Assembly (NCBI GenBank): GCA_964610875.1
Contig: CAZSWP010000027.1
Coordinates: forward strand, 1 to 46,745
DNA length: 46,745 nucleotides
Origin: an uncultured archaeon
GTDB lineage: Archaea; Asgardarchaeota; Thorarchaeia; Thorarchaeales; Thorarchaeaceae
Direction: 5' to 3'
Shown here in pieces: positions 9,123-17,839 of the stretch. The stretch's first letter is position 1. Each line of letters starts with the position of its first letter. A program made the translations under genes and the position numbers. The notes below the pieces were generated by a model. It did not search any database and was not told the DNA's origin. It was given only the letters and a program-made list of their open reading frames with translations.

Positions 9123-9621
9123 TTGACAGAGTTGAATAAAGAGAATAAATACGAATTCAAGGAAATTCAGGAGATGCTTGTAGCTTCTATACGTAAGCCC
9201 GCAAAATCAAGATCAGAGCTCAAATCTCGCTTCGAAAAACTAAAGAAAAACCTTGGAGATAGGATATCAGGACCTGCTTTTCTAATAGTGCACTATGATA
9301 CTCCAGTTGAAGATGGATTCAATGCGGAAGTGGGATATCCACTAAGTAAAGAATTCGAGATTGATGAATTAAAATCCAGAAGGTGTAAAGAAAGCTAAGA
9401 CCGAAGAGGAACGAATTCGCTCAGCTTGTTTTTGCCCAATTGTTCATAATATGCTCGGAGAGATGCCAGCTGATTTTTGTTATTGTGGAGCTGGTTGGGC
9501 CAGACAGATGTTTGAAGAAGTCTTCGGAGTGGAGCTTGAATTCAAACTTCTACAGACGGTAATCAAAGGTGATGCTTTCTGCAAATGGCCAATCAAACTT
9601 CCTAACAAAATAATACCCTAG
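9123..9621 (+). pseudogene. GyrI-like + Cys-rich C-terminal (DUF6144/V4R-like) protein with internal deletion/frameshift
   Basis: 9123-9398 gives a GyrI-like N-terminus (VASIR, GPAF..HY, AEVGYP); 9373-9621 in another frame gives NPEG..AKTEEERIRSACFCP...FCYCGAGW...TVIKGDAFC. Confidence 0.7.
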
Positions 9622-9875
9622 CAGATGATTTAGACTGAACTCCGTAACAATGTACCAATAAGTGGAATATCGAGGAAAAGTTACTACACTTTCTAGAATT
9701 TTAGTAAAAATGGTGATTGCACACTATTTTACAAAAAAAAGCTAGCAAAATTACTGCAAAAATAGTAGAAAAGTTAAGGAAATAACGTGAATCTTTACGA
9801 TTTTTCGAGTGTAGGATACTTCCACAATGCCTTTAATATGGAATTTCGCTGGTTTCTTAACACTATAAGGGAGCT

Positions 9876-12140
9876 TTGCCTATATTGGAAAACGAAATGA
9901 GAAAAACAGCGATTGGCATTCCAGTTATGTTGATTGTGACATATATTCTCGTTTCATCTGAACCTCCATGGTCTACACCTGGTGCGGCTATTGCTATATA
10001 TGGAATGCTTGCGTTTCTTACAATAACTATTACTTCTTGTGCCGTATATCGCATTCGAACAAATCCAACTATATCAAACAAACTGTTTGCCACTGCAACT
10101 GGTACTGCATCAATACTACTAGGAGGTGCATCTATATTTTACGTCTTAATACCTGAACAAGAAGCAATACATGTTGGTTCTTCAGGAATTTTCCTCAATT
10201 TAGTTGCATTTGCTCTTACCGGTCTCACAATTCTCTTTTCATCCTACTTGGATGAAAACGAACTAAATGAAAAATCACTCTGGCATCGTAGAATAGTTCC
10301 ATGGTTATTTGTTGTATTGGGTGTTGGGTCCTTCGTCATTTCAATGTATATTGCAAGACTCCCAATTGATACGATATACTTTATCATCGCAGGATATTTT
10401 TTAGGCGGATTTGCAATATTCTCGTTCTTCTTCTCTGCATATCTCCTAGCTATTAGAAAAGAGCATTTGGAATCACATGATAAGAACAGATTAATCATTG
10501 CATATATTCTGTTAGCCTTCTCATCAGCAATTCATACCTATATTCTCCCAGCACCAAATAATTTGTGGATTCTTTCGATAAGTCTGATGGCTATGGCGTT
10601 TATAATTGCAATCATGGCAACAGGTTTCCAATACTTATCAGATATTGGATTGAAAAGAGATGTCGCATATGGCATTTCATTGGCAATAAGCCTGATCGTT
10701 GTTTTACCATTCATTTTCACTCATTTTCTAGAATCTATACTTCCTTCAGATACCTATCCTAGTCTGGGTGCTACTATAGTAATTCATCTTGGTGGAACTG
10801 TATTTGCAGGTTCTCTTGCATTTGCTTTGTATAAGAAATCCAAATACAAAACTGTTTCAATTTATCCTCCAATCATTGCATTATTACTTTACTGGACTGT
10901 TGCAGAAGCATCTTTGTTTGCAACTAGTCTTATTCCAAATTACATACTTGCTATTGGATCACAAGTACCATATATCATTGGTACGATTGTGACTTTAGTT
11001 TTCTTGTCAATTGCCAATAGAAGGATTCTTGGAAAGTCCGTTACAAGAAAATATGAATCATCACTACGACTATATATCGGACTAGTTTTCTTGTTTATTT
11101 CCGTAGTTATCTTTGGATTAGTAATTCAGAGTGTATTAACTTCATTGTATCCTTCTGTGTTCAATGCTGTACCGGGCATTGCGTTAATGCTTTCTCTAAG
11201 CTTCTTTTCACTCTATACACTTGTGAATCTACTCCTCTCAATAGCTAGCGAATATGCAGGTGAAATAACATTCGATGGTCTCGCTGCAGGTGCTACATCT
11301 ATTTGGATTGTAACTATTATTCTGAAAGCCAATTTCTCGATTTATACGGTTGGTTGGTGGGCAGCAGAAGCAGTCACAGCGATTTCCAGTGTGCTACTAC
11401 CATTTTTCCTAATTCTGTTCTATTTGGATCAAAATAGAGAAGCTAAATTATTACGCTCCCGTTCTAGCGTGCTTTCAGAATTAGTTATTGAAAGTATTGG
11501 GAAACATCATGCCCAAGCAATGAACCCACTAGATGAATTAAGTAAAGATGTATCATTGAATGAAAAACGGTTGGATGGTGTATCTAGAGCGATTGCTGAG
11601 ATTGCTAGAGCTGATGAACTAAGCAGAATTCTAGGGGTTCTTGTATATGGTGATAAATTTGAAAATTCAACCCTTGAACCAATGGACCTTGTTGAATCAA
11701 CAAAGCGAGGATTTGCCAGAGCTTTTACAGAAGATGGAATGCCAAAGAGAGACCTGCAATTTGAAACTCGTGAGGTATATTTAGTCTTGGCAAACTCATT
11801 ACTGTTGGAAGTATTCGAGTATCTTTTTTCGGGTGTATACAATAGAATCGGTCCTATTGAATCAATCAGTATTGATATTGAAAAATTCCAAGACGATAGG
11901 TCACATATGTTAAAATGTTCCATAACTATGGAAACACTTTGTTCTGATGTTGACCTCAAATGTGAATTATTTGATAGGTATACACAAGGAGAATTTTTGG
12001 GTGCTATAGAATTTGCTTACGCCAAACGACTCATCAATTTATTTGATGGAGAAATATTTGCATATAGTATAAAACTTGGTCCTCAGCAGCTCTCGTCTGT
12101 TTTCGAGATTCTATTACCATCAGCCAAAGCATCTGATTAA
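9876..12140 (+). CDS. polytopic membrane sensor with a degenerate histidine-kinase-like C-terminal module
   Basis: More than 12 TM helices; C-terminal VLANSLLLEVFEYLF, LFDRY, AKRLINLFDGEI, FEILLP follow the HATPase layout, but the H, N and G boxes are not conserved. Confidence 0.7.
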   Translation: MPILENEMRKTAIGIPVMLIVTYILVSSEPPWSTPGAAIAIYGMLAFLTITITSCAVYRIRTNPTISNKLFATATGTASILLGGASIFYVLIPEQEAIHVGSSGIFLNLVAFALTGLTILFSSYLDENELNEKSLWHRRIVPWLFVVLGVGSFVISMYIARLPIDTIYFIIAGYFLGGFAIFSFFFSAYLLAIRKEHLESHDKNRLIIAYILLAFSSAIHTYILPAPNNLWILSISLMAMAFIIAIMATGFQYLSDIGLKRDVAYGISLAISLIVVLPFIFTHFLESILPSDTYPSLGATIVIHLGGTVFAGSLAFALYKKSKYKTVSIYPPIIALLLYWTVAEASLFATSLIPNYILAIGSQVPYIIGTIVTLVFLSIANRRILGKSVTRKYESSLRLYIGLVFLFISVVIFGLVIQSVLTSLYPSVFNAVPGIALMLSLSFFSLYTLVNLLLSIASEYAGEITFDGLAAGATSIWIVTIILKANFSIYTVGWWAAEAVTAISSVLLPFFLILFYLDQNREAKLLRSRSSVLSELVIESIGKHHAQAMNPLDELSKDVSLNEKRLDGVSRAIAEIARADELSRILGVLVYGDKFENSTLEPMDLVESTKRGFARAFTEDGMPKRDLQFETREVYLVLANSLLLEVFEYLFSGVYNRIGPIESISIDIEKFQDDRSHMLKCSITMETLCSDVDLKCELFDRYTQGEFLGAIEFAYAKRLINLFDGEIFAYSIKLGPQQLSSVFEILLPSAKASD

Positions 12141-12221
12141 TAGATACATCCATGAAATCGTTATCAATGGGTAGATGACAAAACATGTTAGGCGAGGATG
12201 TACTAACCATTTATAGGATGA

Positions 12222-13127
12222 GTGATATCAATAATGGAGGAAGAGATTAAGGTTTATAGTTTCTGCCCATGTTTCAAAGATTTCGAAGGCGAATTACTCT
12301 GTTTGAATAATGATGACTTAATCGATATTGAACACAGTCCTATAGCGACAGAAATTCTAAGTCAAGAACCTACAGCCGGAGGAATTCAGAGATTTGAAGT
12401 TGGAGATGGATGTACATGCTACGCGTCAATATACACTCATGATGGATATGTATATTGTGTATCCCAAGGTTGGAAAATCAGAATCCATGAAGAAGATATC
12501 ACTGCAGATATGCTAAGACAAGCGATACGCTTGTATACTTTAGGACCAATTGAAATTACAATAGACTGTGCATCTTGCATTTACGGAATTCTGTTTGCAC
12601 TGGTTATTTCTCAAGACCAAGCTTCAGTTAAGCGATATTTGGATGAGTTTTCGCTTAAGATCGCCATGAAATTCTCGGAACTTGAAATCAAAGAAATTGA
12701 TGAGAACACACCATATTTTGAAACCATACAAGAGTATTTAGTAGACCTCTTAGAAGACCAGCATTTTTGGGAAGAAATCTATACAAAATTCAAAAAAGAA
12801 GAACATCCTGAAGAACTTCTAATATTAGCTAATATGATGGAGCAATTAGATAGATATCAGTTTCTATTCTATAGTCAGGTATTGAACATTCGGAGCATCT
12901 CTAATTCAAGAATTCTGATGAAAATGCTATCTCACATTTTGCAGACCTCTCGTCGAATACTCAACCTCAATAAGAGTATACGAAATATGATGACATCAGA
13001 ACTCTTCAAAGGATTTGAAGAAGATGATCAGTTGGATCAGAGAATTGAAGATTATCTACATAAGAGTAAGACAATAGATCATTTCTTCGGAAACATCACC
13101 GATATTATGAAAGGTACTACTCAATGA
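12222..13127 (+). CDS. hypothetical soluble protein with a Cys-rich N-terminal domain and helical C-terminus
   Basis: 301-aa ORF co-oriented downstream of the sensor; no recognised family. Confidence 0.75.
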   Translation: MISIMEEEIKVYSFCPCFKDFEGELLCLNNDDLIDIEHSPIATEILSQEPTAGGIQRFEVGDGCTCYASIYTHDGYVYCVSQGWKIRIHEEDITADMLRQAIRLYTLGPIEITIDCASCIYGILFALVISQDQASVKRYLDEFSLKIAMKFSELEIKEIDENTPYFETIQEYLVDLLEDQHFWEEIYTKFKKEEHPEELLILANMMEQLDRYQFLFYSQVLNIRSISNSRILMKMLSHILQTSRRILNLNKSIRNMMTSELFKGFEEDDQLDQRIEDYLHKSKTIDHFFGNITDIMKGTTQ

Positions 13128-13163
13128 TTGGTCCATTCATAATCAATTGAATAAAGAAAGTTA

Positions 13164-13180
13164 GAGGGGATTCGCCCCTC
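13164..13180. terminator. GC hairpin between convergent genes
   Basis: GAGGGG-attcg-CCCCTC; T-rich tract follows on the minus strand. Confidence 0.6.
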
Positions 13181-13187
13181 AAAAATT

Positions 13188-14966
13188 CTATAGTGTTTCT
13201 TCAAAGATTTTAATGAATTCAGCATACTGATCAATACCTTTCTGCCAAAATTCTTCCTTAGTGATGTCAAAGCCGATCTCAGCAGCAAGGTCTCTCGGAC
13301 TCTTACTCGAACCTGCAGCTAGAAGCGTCTTGAGTTTTGGTACGAACTCTTTACCTTGTTCCTTGTATAATCGATACATGGCATAGACAAAGAGTTGAGC
13401 GAACACGTAAGGATAGTTGTAAAATCGGTAGTTAGGCATGAAAAAGTGTAATTTGAATGTCCACCACCATTTCATCACTGGTAACCATTCAACTGAGTCA
13501 TCATATATCTTCTCACGTGCTTTCAACCAAAGCTCAGATATCTTTTCACCATCAAGATAGACTCCTTTCTCAATTGCTTCATAGAGCATTGTTTCAAAGA
13601 AAAATCTTGTAGAAACTTGGAAACCTGCCTCTCCAAACTCATCAATAACTATGGCAAGAATCGCTTGCTTCTCTTCTGGACTAGCTGTTTCTAGTAATTT
13701 TTCAGTGAGTAATAGTTCTCCGAAGATTGAACCAACCTCTGCGATGCAACTACCTATTTCGTAGTTGGAAGGTTTCTGAGCACGGGTTCCTAGATATGCG
13801 TGTAAGGCATGACCCAACTCATGTGCTTGTGTGTAGATGTCACTCATGGTACCGTTGAAACTCTGGAGTACATAAGCACTCTTACCCTTATGCCAAGTAG
13901 AGCAAAATGCACCCGATCTTTTTCCAGGTCTCACAATAGCATCAATATGCCTTTTATTGAACATCTCTTGAATCCAACCACCACACTCTTCATCAAAATC
14001 AGCATATGATTCGACAACCAAGTTTTGTGATTCTTCCCACGTGAACTTTCTCTCAGGTATATCAGGTAATGGTGCATAGATATCCCAATTACCCAATATT
14101 TTGAGTCCCAAAGCTTTCCCTTTTATTTTGAACCATTTTTGATATACGCCAACATTTTTCTCAATTGTAGTCATGAGAGCTTGGATTGTTTCTTCATCCA
14201 CATCGTTGGCGACAAGACTTTGAATTAAAGGTGATTCTCGTTTTCTGAGTTGGGATGTGAGAATGTGATCAGTACAAACTGACCTAAGGGCAGAAGACCA
14301 TAGTAGCTCATCTTCACTCAACTTACTATACACTACTTCATGTGCTCTCTTTCTTAGGTCTCTATCTGGGCTTTGATATAATGCGATAATCTCGGTATAC
14401 GGTAAAATCTTTTTCTCACCATCTATCTCGATTTCAAACTCTCTAGTTGCAAGCCAATCACCATGTAGTTGATACCATGCCCTAATTCCATTCCTATCTT
14501 TCATGATAATGACTTTTTCTTCCTCTTCACTAAGCATGTAAGGAACGCGACGAAGTATTTTCTTCAAGTAATGTTCATATTCTGAAGCTATGGAATCATT
14601 CACAATCTCAGGTTTCTCGGAGAGTAAAGCACCTAGCTCAATATCAACAAATGCCACTGCTTGCCCAAGCTCAGTGATGCACCTCTGACTCACATCATGG
14701 AGCTTCTTTGCTGTTTCATCGTTCATATTGGCAAAATATGCTAATCGAGCATACTGAAAAGCACCATAGAATTCCAAAATCAAATCGTCTAATTCTTCAA
14801 TCATCTTCACAACTTCTTTTGCTGTGAAATCACGAATTCTACCTCGGTATTTTTCTCTTAGTTCATTTGCAACATCTACTGCTGCACTCATTCTCTCAGA
14901 GATGTAATCAGGGTCATCAACCTCTACCAATTGTGAGAGATCCCACACCATTTTCTCATCTGACAC
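13188..14966 (-). CDS. pepF: M3 family oligoendopeptidase F (probable start GTG 14966 or ATG 14951)
   Basis: WDLS N-terminus, GKRSGAFC, HELGH zinc motif, AEVGS, FYNYPY. Confidence 0.9.
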   Translation of the reverse strand: MSDEKMVWDLSQLVEVDDPDYISERMSAAVDVANELREKYRGRIRDFTAKEVVKMIEELDDLILEFYGAFQYARLAYFANMNDETAKKLHDVSQRCITELGQAVAFVDIELGALLSEKPEIVNDSIASEYEHYLKKILRRVPYMLSEEEEKVIIMKDRNGIRAWYQLHGDWLATREFEIEIDGEKKILPYTEIIALYQSPDRDLRKRAHEVVYSKLSEDELLWSSALRSVCTDHILTSQLRKRESPLIQSLVANDVDEETIQALMTTIEKNVGVYQKWFKIKGKALGLKILGNWDIYAPLPDIPERKFTWEESQNLVVESYADFDEECGGWIQEMFNKRHIDAIVRPGKRSGAFCSTWHKGKSAYVLQSFNGTMSDIYTQAHELGHALHAYLGTRAQKPSNYEIGSCIAEVGSIFGELLLTEKLLETASPEEKQAILAIVIDEFGEAGFQVSTRFFFETMLYEAIEKGVYLDGEKISELWLKAREKIYDDSVEWLPVMKWWWTFKLHFFMPNYRFYNYPYVFAQLFVYAMYRLYKEQGKEFVPKLKTLLAAGSSKSPRDLAAEIGFDITKEEFWQKGIDQYAEFIKIFEETL

Positions 14967-15123
14967 AATAATCGACCTACCAGTGACATTACAGAATCTC
15001 TTTTGAATAACTCGGAATGTCGAAAAAAATTGAAGTTGCAACAAAACAGACTTATGGAGATAGGATAAGTTGTCTTACCTAATCAAAATGATATGATTTC
15101 TATTCAAAGAGTGTTCAAATTCT

Positions 15124-16590
15124 ATGTCAATAAGATTGATGATTGTTGATGATGACAGAGACCTTCTATTCCTAATTCAGAGGTTTCTATCAAGCGAATT
15201 CAGGGATTTCGAGGTGACATCCACAATATCTGCACAAGACGCATTAAGATGGTTGGAATTGGATGAATTCGACGCAATTGTATGTGATTACTACTTAGGT
15301 CCGGATGAGATGAATGGTTTGGATTTACTTCAATGGGTACGCGAATCTGGAATTAGGGTTCCCTTCATTATGTTTACAGGAAAGAGTCAGGAAGACCTCG
15401 CAATCCGTGCACTCAACTTGGGAGCCGATTTCTATTTAAAGAAAGATGATTCAGAGCTTGAAGATGTACTTGAGGAATTGGTTCACTATATTAAATCTGC
15501 TGTAGAAACCAAAAGAATAGAAGCAGCGTTTCAAAGCAGCGAAAAAAAATTCCAAATAATCTTCGAAGAAGCGCCTATTGGTATCGCCCGTATTTCAATT
15601 GATGGCTTCTTCTTAGAAGTGAACAACCATTTTGCTGAACTTCTAGAATATGATAGAGAGAAACTATTAAAAATGCATCTGAAGGAAATCACTGGTTCTC
15701 AATCAGATGAGCTTGAAAAGAGACTTATGAACGAACTAAATGTAGGCCTTCGAGAGAGATTCCAAATATCTAAGACGCTTTTCAATAGTGACCATGAACC
15801 TATCTTAACGCTATGTAACATGTCAGTAGTTCATGACAGTAGGGGAAAGCCAGTTTACTATATTGCTTTGTTTGAAGAAACTGATGATTTTCGAGTTGAC
15901 TCGATAGCTAAAGGAGAGAAGGATGATATCGGAGTTTTGCAAAGAGATTGGAAGGAGCGAATAAAGAAAGAACGACTTGAATTCAGTCAATTCTTACGTG
16001 AGATCAGCCATTCTGTTAATAATCAACTCCTGAAAATCCGATTAATTCTAAGCATACTTGAAGACTCGTTTGATGAACCAGAAGCAAAGAGAATAGAAAC
16101 CACTTCAGAAGAGATATCATCATATCTGAAAAGAGCAGTTGCTTATGCTGATGCAGGGATAATAACAGAATCCGAAGCTAATATTGACCTGGATGATATT
16201 GTTAAATCACTCTTGGTACCGATACTGCCAAAATCCGTCAGTCTTGATATGACTAGTCTTCCAAAGGTTTCTGGAAACATAGAGAAGATAAAAGGAGTAT
16301 TTAGGAATATCTTCGATATTCTAATTGAGCAGAATAACCTGACTCAACTCGATATCAAATGTGAGAGGAAAAAAGAACAATACCAAATTTTCATTGAATC
16401 AGATGGTGATGCCTTAGATAAAGAAAGACGTGATTTGTTGTCTAAGACCAGATTTACATCAGAAGGAGCAAAAAAAGATTTCAGAATACTCATAGCTAAC
16501 CGTTTCTCTAACTCCCTGAATTGGAAAATCAACTACCAGTTCGATCCAAAATCGCGATTTATACTTGAAATACCAAAGTTAACTATATAA
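15124..16590 (+). CDS. hybrid REC-PAS-histidine-kinase-like protein
   Basis: IVDDD, DAIVCDY, FTGK, GADFYLKK receiver; FEEAPIGI..VN PAS; SHSVNN H-box; degenerate ATPase domain. Confidence 0.85.
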   Translation: MSIRLMIVDDDRDLLFLIQRFLSSEFRDFEVTSTISAQDALRWLELDEFDAIVCDYYLGPDEMNGLDLLQWVRESGIRVPFIMFTGKSQEDLAIRALNLGADFYLKKDDSELEDVLEELVHYIKSAVETKRIEAAFQSSEKKFQIIFEEAPIGIARISIDGFFLEVNNHFAELLEYDREKLLKMHLKEITGSQSDELEKRLMNELNVGLRERFQISKTLFNSDHEPILTLCNMSVVHDSRGKPVYYIALFEETDDFRVDSIAKGEKDDIGVLQRDWKERIKKERLEFSQFLREISHSVNNQLLKIRLILSILEDSFDEPEAKRIETTSEEISSYLKRAVAYADAGIITESEANIDLDDIVKSLLVPILPKSVSLDMTSLPKVSGNIEKIKGVFRNIFDILIEQNNLTQLDIKCERKKEQYQIFIESDGDALDKERRDLLSKTRFTSEGAKKDFRILIANRFSNSLNWKINYQFDPKSRFILEIPKLTI

Positions 16591-16676
16591 AATTACAATT
16601 TGAATACCCCCCAAGTATGGATAAATGTAATTTATATAATTGAAACTTGCATAATAGACATAGGAGAATTATCTGG

Positions 16677-17150
16677 ATGTCGGATATTTCATTGACCGAT
16701 TATAGTCAGCTGATGCGATTCTTTGAGAAACAAGTCGAATGGCTAGGACTTCCAAGAAATACAGGTCCAGTGTTGACAGTTCTCTACTTGGCTAGATACA
16801 AAGATGATGCCAAAATGAGTATAGACGATATTGCAGATGCTACACACTACTCAAGAAGCAATGTCAGCCTTGTAGTATCACAACTTGAAACATTAGGCCT
16901 AATCTATGGAGAAACCGATTTGTCACAGACTGGAAGAGGGCGAAGACGTGTTCTGTATAGTGTAGATGAAACTGAAAAGACATTGATAGGATTAGGGGTA
17001 GATATAATATTGGACCGACTGAATGATACAATTCAGCATATTGATCAGCTGATCGAGATCTATGGTTCAGATTCAAAGTTTATTGCAAAGATGCTGAAAG
17101 AGTTCAAAAAAGATGCCAAGGGTCGTCAAGCCAAATTACTAGAGAGATAG
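16677..17150 (+). CDS. MarR/GbsR-family winged-helix transcriptional regulator
   Basis: LGLPRNTG, MSIDDIADATHYSRSNVSLVVSQLETLGLI, GRRRVLY; AGGAG upstream of ATG 16677. Confidence 0.85.
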   Translation: MSDISLTDYSQLMRFFEKQVEWLGLPRNTGPVLTVLYLARYKDDAKMSIDDIADATHYSRSNVSLVVSQLETLGLIYGETDLSQTGRGRRRVLYSVDETEKTLIGLGVDIILDRLNDTIQHIDQLIEIYGSDSKFIAKMLKEFKKDAKGRQAKLLER

Positions 17151-17156
17151 TAGGAA

Positions 17157-17768
17157 CTATTCGCTGTCCATCAAGGACTTTCTAGTGCTTCTAGAGCGGC
17201 TTTTCTTTATACCATATACACCTGCTATGAATACAACACCTGCAATTGCCAGAACGATCAATCCCACATAAGCAACCGGTGTATGTATGCTAGAACCAAT
17301 AACAAATGGTCCAATTAAATTTTCATCAGATAGAGCTTGGTAGAATTCTAGATGTGTGGCGTTGTAGTAGTATCCTTCAACCAACAATGCGAAATAACAA
17401 TCAGTACCATAATCCGTTCCAGATAGTAAGAAAGTATCTGTATAATTGGCGAATGTAGTACCCTCAGCCAAAGGAGTTCCTTGATGATCCTTAGCCGTTA
17501 TCAATCTGTAACCAGATTGATCTGCTTCTTCTCGATATACAATGATATTGACCGAAGTAATGTTTACATGAATAACATTGTTCACTAGAGGAAAAACTCC
17601 AATGGTCAAATTAACCTCTTCTTCAAAAGGAGCTGTCCAAGGAATAGCAGCAATTAGGTCAACACTAACCTCGACATTATCACTTGTATAAACAACAACA
17701 GGTGCAGCTGTTTCAAAAGGTACCATCATTGGTGTAAATAACAAGATGATGAGTAGTAGTGTCCTCAA
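17157..17768 (-). CDS. secreted, C-terminally anchored hypothetical protein
   Basis: Signal peptide, beta-rich ectodomain with N-x-T sequons, C-terminal TM and basic tail. Confidence 0.75.
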   Translation of the reverse strand: MRTLLLIILLFTPMMVPFETAAPVVVYTSDNVEVSVDLIAAIPWTAPFEEEVNLTIGVFPLVNNVIHVNITSVNIIVYREEADQSGYRLITAKDHQGTPLAEGTTFANYTDTFLLSGTDYGTDCYFALLVEGYYYNATHLEFYQALSDENLIGPFVIGSSIHTPVAYVGLIVLAIAGVVFIAGVYGIKKSRSRSTRKSLMDSE

Positions 17769-17839
17769 ATTGCTAACACTCCACGCTTCATGACATACCT
17801 TCTCCCTCTTAACTTTGACTGATTACGAACGAGAGTAGT

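Noticed and set aside
14967-15044. N-terminal extensions in the ORF track for pepF (also thioredoxin, the MarR regulator and the 863-aa protein)
   Set aside because: Family N-termini and Shine-Dalgarno-like sites favour downstream starts
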